From Candidatus Omnitrophota bacterium (GTDB lineage: Bacteria > Omnitrophota > Gorgyraeia > Duberdicusellales > 4484-171), in assembly GCA_021735655.1 (NCBI GenBank), contig JAIPGM010000004.1, positions 32,001-96,000 on the forward strand: a stretch of 64,000 nt of DNA, in the 5' to 3' direction. The notes under the pieces were generated by a model that had not been told where the DNA came from, did no database searches, and worked only from the letters and a program-made list of their open reading frames with translations. This document shows, piece by piece, positions 59,638 through 64,000 of the stretch. Within the stretch, counting starts at the first letter, position 1; the number at the start of each line of letters is the position of its first letter. A program made the position numbers and the translations under genes.

Positions 59638-59862
59638 ATGAGTAAAAAAATACTGTTTATTCTAATAGTGTTGTTTGTAAATGGGCTAATTTTCAATGGG
59701 GTTGTATTCTCCGATAAAGACAAAAAGGATGCTGCTTCACCGAAAATCCACTATGATGAGAAAACCTCTCGCGAACGCGACAGCGATAAAATTAGCACTA
59801 AGGCAGTTGCCGAAGACCTCGTAGTAAGCGAACCTTTGATTTACTTTCCTAAGGAATCTTAA
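59638..59862 (+). CDS. Small secreted protein
   Basis: AAGGAG RBS 8 nt upstream; signal peptide MSKKILFILIVLFVNGLIF. The only plus-strand gene in this region. Confidence 0.35.
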   Translation: MSKKILFILIVLFVNGLIFNGVVFSDKDKKDAASPKIHYDEKTSRERDSDKISTKAVAEDLVVSEPLIYFPKES

Positions 59863-59892
59863 AGATACTACTCATTAAATTATTTTTATAGC

Positions 59893-61359
59893 TTAGGCCT
59901 CTGCTGGCCTATCACCCTTCCTTTTGTCTAAAACAAAACAGCTTCTTGGCTCATTCTTGGCTTTTTTCTTTACTTCAGCGGCAATATTAGTTACTTCGGC
60001 ATAAGATTCAATCGACCGGTGAGCATTAGTTATGCCGGCCAAAGATATGGTCATAATCGGAAACTGCTTTACTGAACCGTCCCGAGCATGAGCAACAATA
60101 TGCCCTCTTTCTAAATCTTCCTGATTGTACAAAGCTCTGACCTTCTCATCAAAGGTAGAAGTTATGTGATCGGCTAGATCTTGTGCTCTTTCCGGTTCAG
60201 TCACCAAAAGAAAGTCATCGCCGCCTTCATGCCCGATAAAATCCGTAGCGGCTCCCTTGGTTTTAACTGCCTCCTTAAATATACCCCCGGTTAACATGAT
60301 CGCTTCATCACCTTTATGAATTCCATACTTATCATTAAAAGCCTTAAAATTATCTAAATCGCAATAAATAACTGTAAATTTCTTACCCTCTTCAATTCTT
60401 CTAGTCACATCTTCCATAATTACGATGTTGCCAGGGAGCTTGGTAAGAGGATTCGCATCCTCTGCCTTTTCCTTCATTAAGGCTAATTCTTTAGTCATGG
60501 TATTAAAAGTATCAGCCAGCTCTTCGAGTTCATCATTAGTAGAGATTCTTACGCGCGAATCGAGTTGGCCAGAAGCAATGGTTTTAGCTGCCCGGTTAAA
60601 AACCCTTATTGGCCTGACTACTAAGCGGGATAAAAAAATGCCTAAAAAGATATTGGTTATTACCAACAACACTCCTACTATGATCGCCGGTTGATAAACT
60701 TTTTTTATGGCTAACCAGACGTCACCCAAAGGGAAAAAGGCTCGGACCACTAAGGGAATGCGTTTCTGGCTATCGGTGAGTGGAATATATACAGAAAATT
60801 GTTTTAAGCTCTTATTCACTACCGACTGGCCGCTAACCGTCTCGTTTCGTCTTAATTTCTTAATTATATCCAGATCATCATAATCGCCTTGAGCCCCGGA
60901 AAACCATTTCTCGGTTGAGAATACTATTTGGCCTTTTCTGTCCAAGATATAAGCTGCCTGCAAAGACTCTGCATTCTTTAGAAACTCCAAACCTTTGCCA
61001 AGATAGCCAATTCTTTCTTCAATTGGCAAATCAATACTTAGTTGTCGATTTAACAACCGTAGCCCTTTATTTACAGCTTTAATCTTTTCGCTGTCCGCTA
61101 TTGAAGATGCTAGAGTTTCACTTAACAATTGTAAACCCTTACCTAAGGCCTCTAGCTTGGTCTCTGCTCCTGATGAATTTAATACCTCAGTTAGTTTTTC
61201 TTCAATATGTAAAGAAGTTGTTTTTGCCTTATACTTTATCGACCCGTCAACCGTCCCCACTTCGTGAGCGAGCTGGATTACAAGAAACATACTAATAGTA
61301 ACTATGGTAAAAATCGTTACTATAAGAATGATTCTGGTTTTTAAACTAATAGCTTTCAT
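59893..61359 (-). CDS. Membrane sensor with periplasmic domain, HAMP and GGDEF domain (GGDDF variant)
   Basis: 2 TM segments flanking an about 180-aa loop; HAMP (LSRLVVRPIRVFNRAAKTIASGQL); GGDEF fold NPLTKLPGN...YCDLDNFKAFND...HEGGDDF. Confidence 0.75.
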   Translation of the reverse strand: MKAISLKTRIILIVTIFTIVTISMFLVIQLAHEVGTVDGSIKYKAKTTSLHIEEKLTEVLNSSGAETKLEALGKGLQLLSETLASSIADSEKIKAVNKGLRLLNRQLSIDLPIEERIGYLGKGLEFLKNAESLQAAYILDRKGQIVFSTEKWFSGAQGDYDDLDIIKKLRRNETVSGQSVVNKSLKQFSVYIPLTDSQKRIPLVVRAFFPLGDVWLAIKKVYQPAIIVGVLLVITNIFLGIFLSRLVVRPIRVFNRAAKTIASGQLDSRVRISTNDELEELADTFNTMTKELALMKEKAEDANPLTKLPGNIVIMEDVTRRIEEGKKFTVIYCDLDNFKAFNDKYGIHKGDEAIMLTGGIFKEAVKTKGAATDFIGHEGGDDFLLVTEPERAQDLADHITSTFDEKVRALYNQEDLERGHIVAHARDGSVKQFPIMTISLAGITNAHRSIESYAEVTNIAAEVKKKAKNEPRSCFVLDKRKGDRPAEA

Positions 61360-61526
61360 TTAATTTTAATCGGTTCATTTAAAAACTTTTAGTGATCAAC
61401 TGTATTTTCATAATTCTTGCTAGCCTATATTATACATCGGCCATCACCAATACAAACAAATATTTTATCTACGCCTTATTGTTTTACCCTCTCAACGCCT
61501 CCAAAATAATCTAGCTGATCAAGTGA

Positions 61527-61625
61527 ATCCTCCCCGGCCTAAAGGCCAGGGCTTCCTCCCGAGCAGAAATCCTAAAAGAGCATTCATCCCTCGGGCTAAA
61601 GCCCGGGGATTTCTGCGAGGGATTA
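61527..61625. repeat. GC-rich nested inverted-repeat element in intergenic spacer
   Basis: Two similar hairpins (CCCCGGCC-TAAA-GGCCAGGG and CCTCGGGC-TAAA-GCCCGGGG) plus a 10-bp long-range stem GCAGAAATCC/GGATTTCTGC. Locally far more GC-rich than the flanks. Confidence 0.3.
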
Positions 61626-61640
61626 AAATTACCCTTTAGC

Positions 61641-62321
61641 TTAGTAACCTTTAGCCTCAATATTTTGTTTTATGCCTCGGGCCATGATTTTAAAGTCAGT
61701 CAATAAAAGACGCCAAGCCGAAAACTCCATATATTTTTTGATATAGTCGTACTCCAAAACTAAATTATGTAAATCTGGTGTACCCTTACGAACATCCGTT
61801 TCGCTCCACAAAGCAGCCTTTAAAACTTTTTTATGCACATAGCCTTCTTGCAAAACATCCTGATAAACCTCCCAAGCAATAGCTCGTGTTCCAACAAAGG
61901 ACATATCGCCTTTAACGATATTGAAAAGTTGGGGAAGCTCATCTAAGTAAGCTTTTTTTAAAATTTTTCCCACCCGAGTTAATTTTTCGGGAAACTCTTC
62001 CGGATAAGCCGCAACATCATATTGCTCTCTTAAGCGTTTGTTGATAAAACGCATTTTAGTAATTCTAAATTTATACTTTATGAATTTTTTTCCTCGGTCT
62101 GAAGCAATATAGGAAGCTAAAATCCCGCCTCGATCGTCGGGATAAAAAAGATTATCAATTAGGTAGGCAAAAAATATCAGTAGAAAAACCGGCGAAGCAA
62201 ATAAAATCGCAATGACTGAAGCACAACGGTCAAATATCGCTTTACAAGGCCTAACCGGCAATGGCCCCTTTAAAGCAAAAATTTCTTTATAATTTTCTCG
62301 TAACTGCTCAACTTTTTCCAT
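61641..62321 (-). CDS. Small monotopic phosphoglycosyltransferase (Bac_transf/PglC-like), divergent paralog
   Basis: 226 aa; single N-terminal re-entrant helix; DELPQLFNIVKGDMSFVGTR (DE dyad retained, PRP motif degenerate). Confidence 0.65.
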   Translation of the reverse strand: MEKVEQLRENYKEIFALKGPLPVRPCKAIFDRCASVIAILFASPVFLLIFFAYLIDNLFYPDDRGGILASYIASDRGKKFIKYKFRITKMRFINKRLREQYDVAAYPEEFPEKLTRVGKILKKAYLDELPQLFNIVKGDMSFVGTRAIAWEVYQDVLQEGYVHKKVLKAALWSETDVRKGTPDLHNLVLEYDYIKKYMEFSAWRLLLTDFKIMARGIKQNIEAKGY

Positions 62322-62336
62322 ATAAATAACTTAAAA

Positions 62337-62978
62337 TTAATTAGGGTCGTTTAGTTGGCTTTCTATTTTGTTTTTAAGAGCTCCTCCTAAAAAACGAAAT
62401 TTATCGCCTTCTACTTCCCACTTGCTGTTAAACGTTACTAAAAATGATAGAAAAATAAGATAAAAATCTAAAAAAAAGGTCCGATTTTTTACATACCAGA
62501 TATCGTATTTAAACTTTTCGCGAAAATTAAGATAGTGAGAACCAAACACTTGAGCCACCCCGGTCAGTCCCGGCCTTATAGCATTTCGCTTAGTAAAATC
62601 GGGAAACTCCAGACAAAACTTTTTAACAAATTCCGGTCTTTCAGTCCGCGGGCCAACGAAACTCATATCTCCTTTTAAAATATTAATTAATTGCGGAAGC
62701 TCGTCTAAAGCCGACTTCCTTAGCCTTTTCCCGATCTTTGTACTTCTGGCATCATTTCCTAAGGATAGAGTTGGGCCAATATCCTTTTCAGCGTTAGGGA
62801 CCATTGAACGAAACTTAAGTATTTTGAATACTTTATTATCTTTGCCAATTCTGGCTTGAGAATAAAAAATAGGCCCGCCGTCTTCCACTTTAATCAATAA
62901 AGCAATGACAACCCCCAAGGGAAAAGCTAAGATTAAGCCAGTTAAGGAAAAAATAATATCGAATGATCGTTTAAGCAT
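62337..62978 (-). CDS. Small monotopic phosphoglycosyltransferase (Bac_transf/PglC-like initiating sugar-1-P transferase)
   Basis: 213 aa; KRSFDIIFSL..., ILKFRSM, DELPQLINILKGDMSFVGPRTERPE canonical blocks. Confidence 0.85.
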   Translation of the reverse strand: MLKRSFDIIFSLTGLILAFPLGVVIALLIKVEDGGPIFYSQARIGKDNKVFKILKFRSMVPNAEKDIGPTLSLGNDARSTKIGKRLRKSALDELPQLINILKGDMSFVGPRTERPEFVKKFCLEFPDFTKRNAIRPGLTGVAQVFGSHYLNFREKFKYDIWYVKNRTFFLDFYLIFLSFLVTFNSKWEVEGDKFRFLGGALKNKIESQLNDPN

Positions 62979-63028
62979 TTAAGTTAAGCCATAAATCTAA
63001 AAATTATTTCCGAAGGCATTTTACTATA

Positions 63029-64000
63029 TTACAATCTACATTTCAATATCTCTTCATACACCTGTTGGCTCTCGACCAGCATCCGATCTAAACTAAACTT
63101 TCTTAGGGCCCGTTGATAACCTGCTTCCCCCATATCTTTGCGCAATTTCTTATCTTCGATTAGCTTCTCTAAGGCTCCGGCTAAAGCCGCGGGGTCGCGC
63201 GGCGGGACTAAAAACCCGGTAACTGAATTTTTAACCAACTCACTCACTCCCCCGACATCTGTGGCTACTACTGGCAGCTTAGCTAACATTGCTTCAATGA
63301 TTGAGCGCGGAAGGCCTTCCCAATTCGAAGATAGCACAAAAATATCTGAAGCAACTAAAAACTCTTCCACCCGCTTTTGTTCGCCGACGAGCACCACCCG
63401 ATCAGCTAAATTACTCTTACCGATCATCCCTTGCACTTGCTGACGCAAAGGGCCATCACCAACAATAATTATTTTTGCTTTTGCGATAAGCTTTGCCGCT
63501 TTGATAAGAGTAGATAAATCTTTCTGAGGGTTTAGGCGGCCAACAAAAGTTATCACCGTGGCCTTCTCTAGTTTTAGCTCCTTTCGAATTTTCATTCTAT
63601 CAGCTTCGCCAATTGGGGCTGGATCTATGCCATTATGAATGATTGCCAGCTTGTTCGGCGGTGCGATTCTGAACTTAAGCGCTAGCCTATAGTCATACTC
63701 GGAAACGCAGATAATCTTAACTGTAGATTTAGCAGCTAAACGTTCAAGCCATGACAAAAACCAACGTTTCCCAAAAGAGCGTCCTTCGCCAAAACTCCAT
63801 CCATGAGCTGTAAAGATTACTGGCTTACGCTCCCAGGCTGCGCTAAGCCGCGCCGCCAACCCAGCTTTAGTGCTATGGCTGCTTATTATATCCGGCTTAA
63901 AAAACTTTATTGCCCGCCATACTGAAATTAAAGCCCTCAAATCGTGGTAAGGAGAAATAGGATAAATAAAATGGGGCTCGGGGAAAACTTTGGCTCCAAT
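63029..64000 (-). CDS. GT4 (GT-B) glycosyltransferase, N-terminus beyond the window end
   Basis: EX7E-type C-terminal block (FVLSSNWEGLPRSIIEAMLAKLPVVATDVGGVSELV). The reading frame stays open upstream of the track's TTG start through to position 64000. Confidence 0.75.
   Translation of the reverse strand: MGAKVFPEPHFIYPISPYHDLRALISVWRAIKFFKPDIISSHSTKAGLAARLSAAWERKPVIFTAHGWSFGEGRSFGKRWFLSWLERLAAKSTVKIICVSEYDYRLALKFRIAPPNKLAIIHNGIDPAPIGEADRMKIRKELKLEKATVITFVGRLNPQKDLSTLIKAAKLIAKAKIIIVGDGPLRQQVQGMIGKSNLADRVVLVGEQKRVEEFLVASDIFVLSSNWEGLPRSIIEAMLAKLPVVATDVGGVSELVKNSVTGFLVPPRDPAALAGALEKLIEDKKLRKDMGEAGYQRALRKFSLDRMLVESQQVYEEILKCRL

Overview
This 64 kb window is AT-rich (not computed, roughly high-30s % GC by eye) and almost all coding, with most genes on the minus strand. 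It looks like a chromosomal region of an uncultivated diderm bacterium; the secretin, the outer-membrane beta-barrel and the CcdA/DsbD-type protein imply an outer membrane and periplasm. I see four blocks.

1. 1-4750: a periplasmic thiol/copper module. It holds a partial CcmH-like CxxC protein, a secreted DUF1573-rhodanese, a YHS protein, the P1B-type Cu ATPase CopA and a Met-rich periplasmic protein.

2. 4870-18000: a co-directional ~13 kb array of about 15 genes for sulfate-to-sulfide-to-Cys/Met assimilation. In transcription order: cysH (APS reductase), sirC, hemA, hemC, cobA, hemB, hemL, a small siroheme sulfite reductase, an Rrf2 regulator, a ferredoxin-CCG protein, a MnmA-like PP-loop ATPase, metY, cysK, metX, metW. 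HemC lacks its cofactor-binding domain 3 and no hemD is present in the array. A divergent thiE-thiS-thiG-thiH-thiF thiamine operon follows, with no recognisable TPP riboswitch.

3. 26750-44500: an ~18 kb single-strand type IV pilus supercluster: GspB-like, ExeA-like, pilQ, pilP, pilO, pilN, pilM, pilin B, an STT3/PglB-family oligosaccharyltransferase, pilin A, pilC, two PilB paralogs, a standalone MshEN domain, a PelD-like degenerate GGDEF-GAF protein and three minor pilins (PilX/W/V-like). The key observation is the WWDYG...TLVD oligosaccharyltransferase gene sitting between two paralogous major-pilin genes, which suggests a pilin-linked N-glycosylation system not described in this arrangement. 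A c-di-GMP receptor layer sits in the same locus: the best-matching MshEN motif is in a free-standing domain, and the PelD-like protein has a degenerate A-site with an intact I-site. A UbiA (DPPR-synthase-like) plus PAP2 pair lies about 12 kb away, and two small PglC-like phosphoglycosyltransferases about 26 kb away.

4. 51400-64000: a tRNA-Met gene, then an exopolysaccharide-type locus. It holds a Wzy_C membrane protein, a BY-kinase, an EpsL-like outer-membrane protein, a PilZ protein, TPR proteins, a GGDEF (GGDDF variant) protein, two Bac_transf genes and a GT4 gene running off the window end.

I found no CRISPR array, integrase or transposase.
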